From positions 1 through 33,009 of the forward strand of contig JBAXOO010000001.1 in NCBI GenBank assembly GCA_037133235.1: DNA of 33,009 nt, in the 5' to 3' direction. This document shows positions 18,508 through 27,677 of the stretch, piece after piece (within the stretch, counting starts at the first letter, position 1; each line of letters opens with the position of its first letter). Below the pieces are notes generated by a model, which searched no databases, was not told the DNA's origin, and worked only from the letters and a program-made list of their open reading frames with translations. The translations under genes and the position numbers were made by a program. This DNA is from Cyanobium sp. ELA507. GTDB lineage: Bacteria > Cyanobacteriota > Cyanobacteriia > PCC-6307 > Cyanobiaceae.

Positions 18508-19798
18508 GGCCGGAGGCTTCCCAAGCCGCGGTGGCTGCCTTCAGGGCTTGGCCGGGACCCACCAAGCTGAGGCTGGGCTGGGTTAACCAGCGGCGTGCGG
18601 CCGCCTGAAGATCGCTCCCCTCCAGCAGGGCCGCCCGCTCCAGGCAATCTTCCACGTAGTGGGCCGGCAGCCCATGGCTCAGCACCAAGGCCTGCCGCTC
18701 GGCGATCTGGCCGCAGGTCTGCCGGCCCATCGCATCCTGGCCGAGGTACTTGGCCCGGGCCAGGGCCAGGGCCGGCCCATCCAGGGGGCTGTCCAGGAGC
18801 CGCTGCCATTCCTCGGCCAAGCAGGCGGTGGCCTCCGCCGCCCGGTCGGCGGAGGTGGAGAGGTGCATCACAAAGGGGGCCGGGCCGCAGCGGGCCGGCA
18901 AACTCACGCCCACGTCGTAGGCCAGGCCGCGCTCTTCGCGCATCACCAGGAACAGCCGGCTCGACATGCCCAGGCCCAGGTGGGCCTGGAGCAACCGCAG
19001 GGCGAGGGCATCGGGATGGCCCAGGGGCACGGTGGGGCAGCCCAGCATCAGCACCAGCTGTTCGGTGTCCTCCTCCAGGGCCGCCAGGTTGCCGCCATGC
19101 GGCCGGCTAGGGGCCTGATGGGGGCTCGGGGCCGGCAGGTGGGTCGGCCAGGGCACCCCCGCCAGGGGTCTCTCCAGAAGGTCCACCAGGTTGGCTGGCA
19201 CGCTGCCGCAGATCACCAGCACGGACCCTTCCAGGCCCAGGCCCGTGGTGAGTTTGGCCAGGTCCTCGTTGGTGATGCCCTCCAGGTCCGCATCGACTCC
19301 AAGGGGGTCGTGGCCGTAGGGACCTTCGCCGTAGAGCAGTCCTCGCAGCTGGTCGTGGGCCAGTTGGAACGGATCTTCCCGCTGGCGCATCAGGGTCTGG
19401 AGATTGAGCTGGCGCTCCAGGTCCACCTGATCGGCTTCGAGCCTGGGGTGGCGCACCAGGTCGAGTAGCAGGGGCACCAGGGTTTGGGCGTCGTCGGCGG
19501 CGCACTTCAGCCCCACCACCAGGGCATCCTCATGGGCGTCAGCCCTCAGGCCAGCGCCGGCCCCTTCCACGGTGTCGGCCAGGGCATCGGCATCGAGGGC
19601 GCCGCAGCCGCGGGTCATGACGCCGGCGAGGAGCTGGTGTGCCCCCCGGCGCAGGGCCGGATCCGCACCACTGCCGCCGCGGATGACCAGCCGGGCCGCA
19701 AGGATCTCTGGGCCGGGCCGGCGACGCACCACCACCGGCAGACCACCGGAGAGGATGTGGCTTGGTTCGAGCTGGTCGATCGGGGAGGTGCTGCTCAT
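18488..19798 (-). CDS. M16 family peptidase, non-catalytic subunit
   Basis: M16B fold with SSRLFLVMREERGLAY. The HxxEH motif is replaced by HQLLA. ATGA overlap with its partner. Confidence 0.88.
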   Translation of the reverse strand: MSSTSPIDQLEPSHILSGGLPVVVRRRPGPEILAARLVIRGGSGADPALRRGAHQLLAGVMTRGCGALDADALADTVEGAGAGLRADAHEDALVVGLKCAADDAQTLVPLLLDLVRHPRLEADQVDLERQLNLQTLMRQREDPFQLAHDQLRGLLYGEGPYGHDPLGVDADLEGITNEDLAKLTTGLGLEGSVLVICGSVPANLVDLLERPLAGVPWPTHLPAPSPHQAPSRPHGGNLAALEEDTEQLVLMLGCPTVPLGHPDALALRLLQAHLGLGMSSRLFLVMREERGLAYDVGVSLPARCGPAPFVMHLSTSADRAAEATACLAEEWQRLLDSPLDGPALALARAKYLGQDAMGRQTCGQIAERQALVLSHGLPAHYVEDCLERAALLEGSDLQAAARRWLTQPSLSLVGPGQALKAATAAWEASGLSLRPV

Positions 19799-21069
19799 GC
19801 CGGCACCGCCTCGAGCACGAAGGCGTGGGCGGGATCCAAGCTGGCCAGCACCTTGCTACGCAGATCTTCCGGATTCCAGCTGGCAATCGCTTCGAGGGGT
19901 TCCTCCAGGGAGCCATGGCGGCCCCAGAGATGGCCCGTGCCGAGCAGCCCCGCCACGCTGCCGGCGGCTTCCATGCCGAAGCGGTAGCTGTTGCTCACCA
20001 GCCGCCGCACCCGCGCCCATTCCGCCTCCGCCACCGGCTCATCCATCACCTCGCGCCAGACGGCGCCAATGGCGGTGCGCACCGCCGGCAGGTCGGCTGG
20101 CTCGCAGACCGCCTCCAACATCGCCAGGCTGCCGCATTCCATTGGGTGAAAGTCCAGGTCGATGCTTTCCACCAGCCGCAGCTGCTCGCGCAAGCGGTGC
20201 ACAAGCCTGCTGCGCCGGCCTTCCGCCAATAGGCTTGTGGCCAGGTCGCCGCCCATGACGCCGCGCAGGTCGCCGGCGGGGGGCTGGCCCCAGGCCATCA
20301 GCAGCCTTGCCGCCTCCAGCCTTGGTAGGGCCATCCGATCCTCCCCGGCGGCTACCACCAAGGGCGCCCGGGGGGCGGGTTCTGTTGCCCGGAAGAGCTG
20401 GGCCAGAGCACTCTGACCGGCCTGCTCCCGTAGGTCGCCATCGGCGATCGCCCCTGTGAGGGCCAGCAGGCAGCGGCCACCGCCGTAAAGCCGTTGGTGG
20501 AAGGCCCCCATGGCGGCGGGATCGTGGGCCAGTAGGGCCTCCCGGCGGCCCAGGATCGGAAGGCCGTAGGGATGGCCAGGGCAGGCCTTGGCGAGCAGGT
20601 GCTGGACGGCCACCTCCTCGGGTTGGTCCTCGCTTTGGGCCAGCTCTTCCAGCACCACCTGCCGTTCCATGGCGAAGGCCTCCCCCTCCAGGCGCGGTTG
20701 AAGCACCAGATCGAGCAGCAGATCGAGGGCTTCCGGCGCGGCTGCTGGCGGGATCAGCACGTGGTAGTGCACGTCATCGAAGCCGGTGGCGGCATTGCTG
20801 CTGCCCCCGAGGGCCTCGATGCGCCGGTCGAATTCGCCGGCCTCCAAGCGCTGACTGCCCTTGAACACCATGTGCTCAAGGAAATGGGCCAGACCGCTCT
20901 CCTGCTCTGCTTCGAAGACACTGCCGGCCCGGCACCAAAAGTCCAGGCAGACCAGGGGCGCATCGCTGAGGGCCAGGCTCACGAGCTGGTTGCCATTGCT
21001 GAGCACCCGCCGGTCCGGTTGCTCCAGGCCTGGGAGCAACGGGGAGCAACACGGGGGGGAGGGACGCAT
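19795..21069 (-). CDS. M16 family zinc peptidase, catalytic subunit
   Basis: SGLAHFLEHMVFKG, NAATGFD, ERQVVLEE. Start approximate; the ORF extension to 21702 is antisense to pcyA. Confidence 0.92.
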   Translation of the reverse strand: MRPSPPCCSPLLPGLEQPDRRVLSNGNQLVSLALSDAPLVCLDFWCRAGSVFEAEQESGLAHFLEHMVFKGSQRLEAGEFDRRIEALGGSSNAATGFDDVHYHVLIPPAAAPEALDLLLDLVLQPRLEGEAFAMERQVVLEELAQSEDQPEEVAVQHLLAKACPGHPYGLPILGRREALLAHDPAAMGAFHQRLYGGGRCLLALTGAIADGDLREQAGQSALAQLFRATEPAPRAPLVVAAGEDRMALPRLEAARLLMAWGQPPAGDLRGVMGGDLATSLLAEGRRSRLVHRLREQLRLVESIDLDFHPMECGSLAMLEAVCEPADLPAVRTAIGAVWREVMDEPVAEAEWARVRRLVSNSYRFGMEAAGSVAGLLGTGHLWGRHGSLEEPLEAIASWNPEDLRSKVLASLDPAHAFVLEAVPA

Positions 21070-21112
21070 GCACACGTGGCAAGATCGCCATTCTGCTGGC
21101 TGTGGTGACGCG

Positions 21113-21889
21113 ATGGCACCGGATTCCCCCCCAACGGCCGGCGCCGCTGCCACTGCCAGTTCCGGCGGTATCCATCCGTTGATGGATGCCCTGGCGGAGC
21201 GGATCCGCCGTTGCCGGGAAGAGCTGCCGGGCCTGGAGCCCCTGGCGATCGATCCGGCCCTGGAGGCGATCAGCGGCAGCCTCGATGGTGAGGACCTGTT
21301 TATCCGCAACGAGGTGCACCGCTGCCGGGGGCTGCGCAAGCTCCACCTCGAAACCGCCCGGCTCGGGGCCGGGCTGCAGATCCTCCACTGCGTGTTCTTC
21401 CCCGATTCACGCTTCGATCTGCCGGTGTTCGGCGCCGATGTCGTTGCGGGCCGGGGGGTGGTTTCGGCCGCGATCGTGGATCTTTCCCCTGTGGAGCAGG
21501 CCCTGCCGGAGGGCATCGATCGGGCCCTTGCGGCCCTGCCGCAGGCCGCCTTCACCCAGCAACGGGAGTTGCCGGCTTGGGGATCGATCTTTTCCCCCCA
21601 CGTGCTGTTCGTCCGTCCGGTGGATGCCGATGAGGAGCGCCGCTTCATCGACCACGTGGCGTCGGTGCTTGGGGTTTTGGCCGAGGCGGTGTCGGCCGGC
21701 ACCGCCAGCCCCCCGGATGATCCGGCTACCGTGAATCGCTGGCAGGGACAGCTCCGCTATTGCAAGCAACAGAAACAGAACGACAAGACCCGGAGGGTGC
21801 TGGAAAAGGCGTTCAACCCCGCTTGGGCGGACCAGTACATCGAGAACCTCCTGTTCGACGACCCCCCCGAGCCCTCCTCGGCGGCCTAA
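21113..21889 (+). CDS. pcyA: Phycocyanobilin:ferredoxin oxidoreductase
   Basis: RKLHLETA, LQILHCVFFP, LPVFGADVV, AAIVDLSP, QKQNDKTRRVLEKAF. Confidence 0.96.
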   Translation: MAPDSPPTAGAAATASSGGIHPLMDALAERIRRCREELPGLEPLAIDPALEAISGSLDGEDLFIRNEVHRCRGLRKLHLETARLGAGLQILHCVFFPDSRFDLPVFGADVVAGRGVVSAAIVDLSPVEQALPEGIDRALAALPQAAFTQQRELPAWGSIFSPHVLFVRPVDADEERRFIDHVASVLGVLAEAVSAGTASPPDDPATVNRWQGQLRYCKQQKQNDKTRRVLEKAFNPAWADQYIENLLFDDPPEPSSAA

Positions 21890-22767
21890 TTGCTCTGGCC
21901 TCCGGGCTTGCCTTGTTTGCTTGGCAAAAGGGTTCGTTCCGCCCCCCTGCTCCTCCGCCACCGCAGGCGGTGCTGAAGGCACCCGCCCCGGAGCACGAAG
22001 CGGTCGCGGCCCTGGGAAGGCTCGAACCCGCCGGCGACATCCGCGTGCTGGCCGCCCCGATGACCGGCATGGCGGGCACACCCCGCATCACCCACCTGGA
22101 GGTGCAGGAGGGGGATCGGGTGCAGCCAGACCAACTCCTGGCCCGCTTTGATACCGGGCCTACCCAAGGGGCCGAACGGGACCTCTTGCAGGCCCGCATC
22201 CTCAACCTTCAAAGGCGCCTGAAGGTCGAAACCCGCGAACTGGAGCGCTACCGCAGCCTCACCAGTGCCGGCGCCATCTCGGCCGATGAACTCGACCGCC
22301 GCGAACAGGACCATCTCCTTCTCCAGGGCCAGCTTCAAGAGGCCCAGGCGGGCCTGGCTAAGGTGCGCGCCGACCTGGTGAACACCGAATTACGTGCTCC
22401 GATCGCCGGCACGGTGCTGCGGATCAATGCACGGGTCGGCGAGCGTCCCGGCGACAAGGGGATCCTTGAACTGGGCGCCAGTGACCGCATGGAGGCGTTG
22501 GTCGAGGTCTACGAGAGCGACATCGCCCGGGTGCGGCCGGGGATGGTGGTGCGGCTGACCAGCGAAAACGGCGGCTTCAAGGGCAGCCTCAGCGGTCGTG
22601 TCGTCCGGATCAGTCCCCAGGTGCGGCAGCGCCAGGTGCTCTCCACTGACCCCACCGGCGATGCCGATGCCCGCATCGTGGAGGTGCGGGTGGCGCTGGA
22701 TCCTGCCGATGCCCAACGGGTTCGCCACCTCACGGGCCTCAAGGTGATTGCCCGCCTCCAGACCTAA
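21823..22767 (+). CDS. devB: DevB/HlyD-family periplasmic adaptor of an ABC exporter
   Basis: N-terminal TM, VAALGRLEP, LRAPIAGTVL, EVYESDI, DARIVEV. Only TTG starts (21760, 21823) precede the TM. Confidence 0.85.
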   Translation: MGGPVHREPPVRRPPRALLGGLIALASGLALFAWQKGSFRPPAPPPPQAVLKAPAPEHEAVAALGRLEPAGDIRVLAAPMTGMAGTPRITHLEVQEGDRVQPDQLLARFDTGPTQGAERDLLQARILNLQRRLKVETRELERYRSLTSAGAISADELDRREQDHLLLQGQLQEAQAGLAKVRADLVNTELRAPIAGTVLRINARVGERPGDKGILELGASDRMEALVEVYESDIARVRPGMVVRLTSENGGFKGSLSGRVVRISPQVRQRQVLSTDPTGDADARIVEVRVALDPADAQRVRHLTGLKVIARLQT

Positions 22768-22777
22768 GGCGAAGCCC

Positions 22778-23950
22778 ATGCTCGATTTCCTCTGGCCTTC
22801 GCGCCGCATCCCCCTGGCCTGGCTGCTGCTCACCCGCCAGCCCGGTCGGCTGCTGGTGGCCTTGGCGGGGATCGCCTTCGCCGGCATCTTGATGTTTCTG
22901 CAGTTGGGGTTTCGCGATGGCCTCTTCGATGCCAGCGTCACGATCCACAAGCTCTTCGATGCGGATCTGGTGCTGCTCAGCCCCCGCACGATGAGCTCCA
23001 TTGCCATGTCCGGTTTCCCCCGCCGGCGGCTGGTGCAGGTGATGGCCGATCCCGCCGTGGCCGGCACCACACCGGTGCATTGGAACTTTCTGCTTTGGCG
23101 CAACCCCGAGACCCGCACCACCCGATCGATCCTGGCCCTGGGTTTCGAGCCGGGGGACCCCCTGTTCACCGATCCCGCCCTGGCGGCGAAGGCTGCCGTG
23201 CTCAGCCAGCAGGGGCGGGTGTTGTTTGACGAGCTCTCCCGGCCCGAGTTTGGGCCGATCGCCAGCTGGTACCGGCAGGGGCGCACCATCGACACCGAGG
23301 TTGGGGGCAAACGGGTGCGGGTGGCGGGTCTGGTGGCCCTGGGGCCCTCCTTCGGCGCCGATGGCAACCTGCTGACCAGCAGTGAAACCTTCCTCAATCT
23401 GCTGCCCAACACACCACCGGGCAGTATCGAAATCGGCCTGATTCGCCTGAAGCCCGGCCAGGATGCCAAGGCGGTGTCCGAGCGGTTGCGCTCCATGCTG
23501 CCCACGGATGTGGCGATTTATTCGAAGCAGGGCTTCGTGGACTTTGAGATGAACTATTGGCGCAGTAGCACGGCGATTGGTTTCATCTTCACCCTTGGCG
23601 CCGCGATGGGTTTTGTGGTGGGCTGTGTGATCGTGTATCAGATTCTCCATTCCGATGTGAGTGATCACCTGGCTGAATACGCCACCTTGATGGCAATGGG
23701 CTATCCCCTTCCCCAGCTCCTGGGTGTGGTGGCACGGGAGGGTCTGCTGCTCGCCCTGCTGGGCTATGCACCGGCCTGGCTAGCCGGGCAGGGTCTTTAT
23801 GTTGTGATTCACAATGCCACGAAATTGCCTGTAGGTATGGATAGCCAACGGGCTCTGCTCGTCTTCACGATGATCCTGGCCATGTGCCTGGGGTCGGCCC
23901 TGATGGCGATGCGCAAGCTGGGTGATGCTGATCCTGCTGAGATCTTCTGA
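22778..23950 (+). CDS. devC: DevC-family ABC transporter permease (FtsX/MacB type)
   Basis: IPLAWLLL, GIAFAGILMFLQLGF, GPSFGADGN, VIVYQIL.SDV.DHL.EYATL.AMG, ADPAEIF. Confidence 0.92.
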   Translation: MLDFLWPSRRIPLAWLLLTRQPGRLLVALAGIAFAGILMFLQLGFRDGLFDASVTIHKLFDADLVLLSPRTMSSIAMSGFPRRRLVQVMADPAVAGTTPVHWNFLLWRNPETRTTRSILALGFEPGDPLFTDPALAAKAAVLSQQGRVLFDELSRPEFGPIASWYRQGRTIDTEVGGKRVRVAGLVALGPSFGADGNLLTSSETFLNLLPNTPPGSIEIGLIRLKPGQDAKAVSERLRSMLPTDVAIYSKQGFVDFEMNYWRSSTAIGFIFTLGAAMGFVVGCVIVYQILHSDVSDHLAEYATLMAMGYPLPQLLGVVAREGLLLALLGYAPAWLAGQGLYVVIHNATKLPVGMDSQRALLVFTMILAMCLGSALMAMRKLGDADPAEIF

Positions 23951-23961
23951 GGCTTGCCACC

Positions 23962-24723
23962 ATGACCTCCCGATCCAGCCCCCTCGATAGCGATTCAACC
24001 GCGATATCCTCCACGCCCAGCGTGGCGCTGCAGGATCTGAGCCATTGGTATGGCATTGGCGCCAATCGCCGTCAGGTGCTTGATCGGGTCAACCTCACGA
24101 TCAACCCCGGCGAGGTGGTGCTACTGACCGGCCCTTCCGGCTGCGGCAAAACCACCCTGCTCACCTTGGTGGGGGCGCTGCGGCAGGTGATGGAGGGTTC
24201 GGTGCGCCTGTTTGGCCACGAGCTCCATGGCGCCGCCCGTCGGGATCGCCAGCTGCTGCGGCGCGAAATCGGCATGATCTTCCAGGGTCACAACCTGCTT
24301 CGCTGCCTCAGTGCCGAGCAAAATGTGCAAATGGGGGCGGATCTGCTGCCCAATTTGGGCTATCGCGCCCGCCGTGATCTGGCACGGGAATGGCTGCGGG
24401 CGGTAGGGCTGGGCGATCACTTGGGCAAGTTGCCCCACGACCTTTCGGGGGGCCAGAAGCAGCGCGTGGCCATCGCCCGCGCTCTGGCGGCCCATCCACG
24501 CCTGCTGCTGGCCGATGAACCCACCGCCGCCCTCGACAGCCGCACCGGCCGGGAGGTGGTGGAGTTACTGCGGGGCCTAGCCCGCGACCAGGGCTGCAGC
24601 GTGCTGATGGTGACCCACGATCCCCGCATCCTTGATGTGGCGGATCGGTTGGTCGAAATGGAGGATGGCCGCTTGAGCGAAGGCCAGGTCCAAGCCAGGG
24701 CGCTCTCCGGTTCGGTAGGGTGA
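23962..24723 (+). CDS. devA: DevA-family ABC transporter ATP-binding protein
   Basis: Walker A GPSGCGKT, LSGGQKQRVAIARAL, ADEPTAALD, VTHD. Confidence 0.93.
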   Translation: MTSRSSPLDSDSTAISSTPSVALQDLSHWYGIGANRRQVLDRVNLTINPGEVVLLTGPSGCGKTTLLTLVGALRQVMEGSVRLFGHELHGAARRDRQLLRREIGMIFQGHNLLRCLSAEQNVQMGADLLPNLGYRARRDLAREWLRAVGLGDHLGKLPHDLSGGQKQRVAIARALAAHPRLLLADEPTAALDSRTGREVVELLRGLARDQGCSVLMVTHDPRILDVADRLVEMEDGRLSEGQVQARALSGSVG

Positions 24724-24756
24724 GTTCATCTCCCTCCCAACGGAACCGCCGCCCGC

Positions 24757-24912
24757 ATGGCCAAGCGCAGAAATCTCAAGAAAGAAAAGCAAGAGCGCAA
24801 TCGCTCCTACGCCCGCAAGTTCAAGAAGCGCAAGCTCCGCAACGACGGCCGTGGTGAAGGCGCTGGCAACGGCGTGACCGGCACCGCCAACAACGGCGGC
24901 GCCGCCGACTGA
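24757..24912 (+). CDS. 51-aa highly basic small protein (not in the ORF track)
   Basis: Translated by hand: MAKRRNLKKEKQERNRSYARKFKKRKLRNDGRGEGAGNGVTGTANNGGAAD. Codons are biased like rpsB/tsf (AAG, CGC, AAC, GGC) and a terminator follows. Confidence 0.8.
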   Translation: MAKRRNLKKEKQERNRSYARKFKKRKLRNDGRGEGAGNGVTGTANNGGAAD

Positions 24913-24938
24913 TCAGCCGGGTCTCCGGCATGCCCACC

Positions 24939-24965
24939 GGGGGGTCCGCAGGGATCCCCCTTTTT
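24939..24965 (+). terminator. Rho-independent terminator
   Basis: GGGGGGTCC-GCAG-GGATCCCCC forms a 9-bp stem with one G-U pair, followed by TTTTT. Confidence 0.85.
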
Positions 24966-25020
24966 GTTGGCAGCCCGTTGTGGACCAGCCCCCTGCCCTG
25001 CCACCCCCTCTGCCGCTCCC

Positions 25021-25950
25021 ATGTTTCTGAGCGTCGTTATCCCCACCTACAACCGGCTGCCGATTCTGCGCCAGTGCCTGGAGGCCCTTGAACGTCAGGA
25101 ACTTGCGGCTCCGATCGAGCGCTTCGAGGTGGTGCTGGTCGACGACGGCTCCACCGACGACACGGTGGCCTGGCTGGAGGCCAACGCCGCCAGCCTCCCC
25201 CACCTGCGCCTGATCCGCCAAGACCACGGTGGTCCGGCCGAAGGCCGCAACAATGGCGTGGAGCAGGCCAAAGGCGATGTGGTCGTTTTCATTGACAGCG
25301 ATCTGGTGGTGCTGCCGGATTTCCTCGTCTGCCACGCCCGAGCCCTTGAGCAGCGCTGGCGCCATCGGGGCAACCGGCTCTGCTTCACCTACGGCGCCGT
25401 CGTCAACACGGCCAGGTTCGAGAACCCCACCAGCGAGCCCCACAAGCTGGGCGATGTTTCCTTTGCCTATTTCGCCACCGGCAACGTGGCGATCGACAAG
25501 CAGGTGCTCGAGCAAGCCGGTCTCTTCGATACCGCCTTTCGCCTCTATGGCTGGGAAGACCTCGAACTGGGGGAACGGCTGCGGCGGATGGGGGTGGAGC
25601 TGGTCCGCTGTCCCCGGGCGGTGGGCTACCACTGGCATCCGGCCCTGAGCCTCGACCAGATCCCCCGCCTGATCCAGGTGGAGCGGGAGCGCGCCAAAAT
25701 GGGATTGGTGTTCTATCGCAAGCACCCCAGCCGCAGGGTGCGTTTCATCATTCAATACACCTGGTTGCACCGCTTGCTGTGGGAGCTGCTCACCCTTGGC
25801 GGTCTGCTCAATGAGCGCAGTTTGCGGCCGCTGCTGGCCTGGTTGATCCGCCGGGGCCAGCCGGGCTTGGCGATGGAGGTGCTGCGACTCCCGCTCAATC
25901 GGCTCGGGGTGCGCGCTCTCTACTCCGAAGCCCGCCAGCAGGGTCTCTGA
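25021..25950 (+). CDS. Glycosyltransferase family 2
   Basis: SVVIPTYNR, VDDGSTD, GPAEGRN, FIDSD (DxD), YGWEDLELG. Confidence 0.92.
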   Translation: MFLSVVIPTYNRLPILRQCLEALERQELAAPIERFEVVLVDDGSTDDTVAWLEANAASLPHLRLIRQDHGGPAEGRNNGVEQAKGDVVVFIDSDLVVLPDFLVCHARALEQRWRHRGNRLCFTYGAVVNTARFENPTSEPHKLGDVSFAYFATGNVAIDKQVLEQAGLFDTAFRLYGWEDLELGERLRRMGVELVRCPRAVGYHWHPALSLDQIPRLIQVERERAKMGLVFYRKHPSRRVRFIIQYTWLHRLLWELLTLGGLLNERSLRPLLAWLIRRGQPGLAMEVLRLPLNRLGVRALYSEARQQGL

Positions 25951-25982
25951 CCTTCTATCCCCCACCCCCACTGCGGCCCGTT

Positions 25983-25991
25983 TGATAGGTT
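25983..25991 (+). promoter_or_regulatory. Candidate extended -10 promoter of rpsB-tsf
   Basis: TG-A-TAGGTT immediately upstream of the structured leader. Confidence 0.5.
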
Positions 25992-26003
25992 GACAAGGTC
26001 CCG

Positions 26004-26130
26004 TCACACCGCACACCTGCACGTTTCGGGTGATCCGGCAGCGGCCTCCTTTCCCCCAGCGCCTCTGTGCTGAGGAAGGGACTCCAAGCCCTCCGGTTCC
26101 CTGGCAGGTGGTGGCCAACCCGAAACCCAA
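26004..26130 (+). ncRNA. Structured rpsB leader (cyano-30S/S2-leader type cis-regulatory RNA)
   Basis: GTTTCGGGT (26023-26031) pairs with ACCCGAAAC (26118-26126). CACCTGC (26014-26020) pairs with GCAGGTG (26104-26110). The two helices interleave. Confidence 0.7.
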
Positions 26131-26139
26131 CCGAATCCC

Positions 26140-26853
26140 ATGGCTGTCGTCACTCTCGCCGAGATGATGGAGGCTGGCGCCCACTTCGGGCACCAGACCC
26201 GGCGCTGGAACCCGAAGATGTCGCGCTACATCTATTGCGCGCGCAACGGCGTTCACATCATCGATCTCGTGCAGACCGCCGTCTGCATGAACAACGCCTA
26301 CAAGTGGACCCGCAGTGCCTCCCGCAGCGGCAAGCGCTTCCTGTTTGTGGGCACCAAGAAACAGGCCTCCGAAGTGATCGCCCAGGAGGCGACCCGTTGC
26401 GGTGCCTCCTACGTGAATCAGCGCTGGCTGGGGGGCATGCTCACCAACTGGACCACGATGCGGGCCCGCATCGATCGCCTCAAGGATCTGGAGCGCATGG
26501 AGTCGTCCGGCGCCATCGCCATGCGACCTAAAAAGGAAGCGGCCGTGCTGCGCCGTGAACTGGATCGCCTGCAGAAATACCTCGGCGGCCTCAAGAACAT
26601 GCGCCGCCTGCCCGATGTGGTGATCCTGGTGGATCAACGCCGGGAAACCAACGCCGTGCTCGAAGCCCGCAAGCTCGACATCCCCCTGGTGTCGATGCTG
26701 GACACCAATTGCGACCCCGACCTCTGCGACGTTCCGATTCCCTGCAACGACGACGCCGTGCGTTCGGTGCAGCTGGTGCTGGGCCGTCTGGCCGATGCGA
26801 TCAATGAGGGTCGCCACGGTGCCCAGGACCGTGGTGGCGACGACGAGGGCTGA
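26140..26853 (+). CDS. rpsB: 30S ribosomal protein S2
   Basis: [48 protein letters not shown]. Confidence 0.99.
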   Translation: MAVVTLAEMMEAGAHFGHQTRRWNPKMSRYIYCARNGVHIIDLVQTAVCMNNAYKWTRSASRSGKRFLFVGTKKQASEVIAQEATRCGASYVNQRWLGGMLTNWTTMRARIDRLKDLERMESSGAIAMRPKKEAAVLRRELDRLQKYLGGLKNMRRLPDVVILVDQRRETNAVLEARKLDIPLVSMLDTNCDPDLCDVPIPCNDDAVRSVQLVLGRLADAINEGRHGAQDRGGDDEG

Positions 26854-26860
26854 GCCTGAG

Positions 26861-26900
26861 TCGCATCCGGCACAACGCCGTCGCTTCCGACACAACGCCG
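26861..26900 (+). repeat. Two-copy 20-bp tandem repeat in the rpsB-tsf spacer
   Basis: TCGCATCCGGCACAACGCCG / TCGCTTCCGACACAACGCCG, 18 of 20 positions identical. Confidence 0.75.
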
Positions 26901-26991
26901 CCGTTTCGGCGGCACAGCTCCCCAGGGGAAGGTCCGGCACCGTGGAGGTGCCCCCCTCCTCTTTTCCATTTTTCGCTCCTCCCCCCAAACC

Positions 26992-27651
<660 letters not shown>

Positions 27652-27677
27652 GGCTCGATCGCCCTGGGCCTCCACCC

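Noticed and set aside
20861-21702. Long mutually overlapping extensions of the M16 peptidase and pcyA
   Set aside because: These are ORF-caller extensions. The conserved domains begin near 21069 (-) and 21113 (+).
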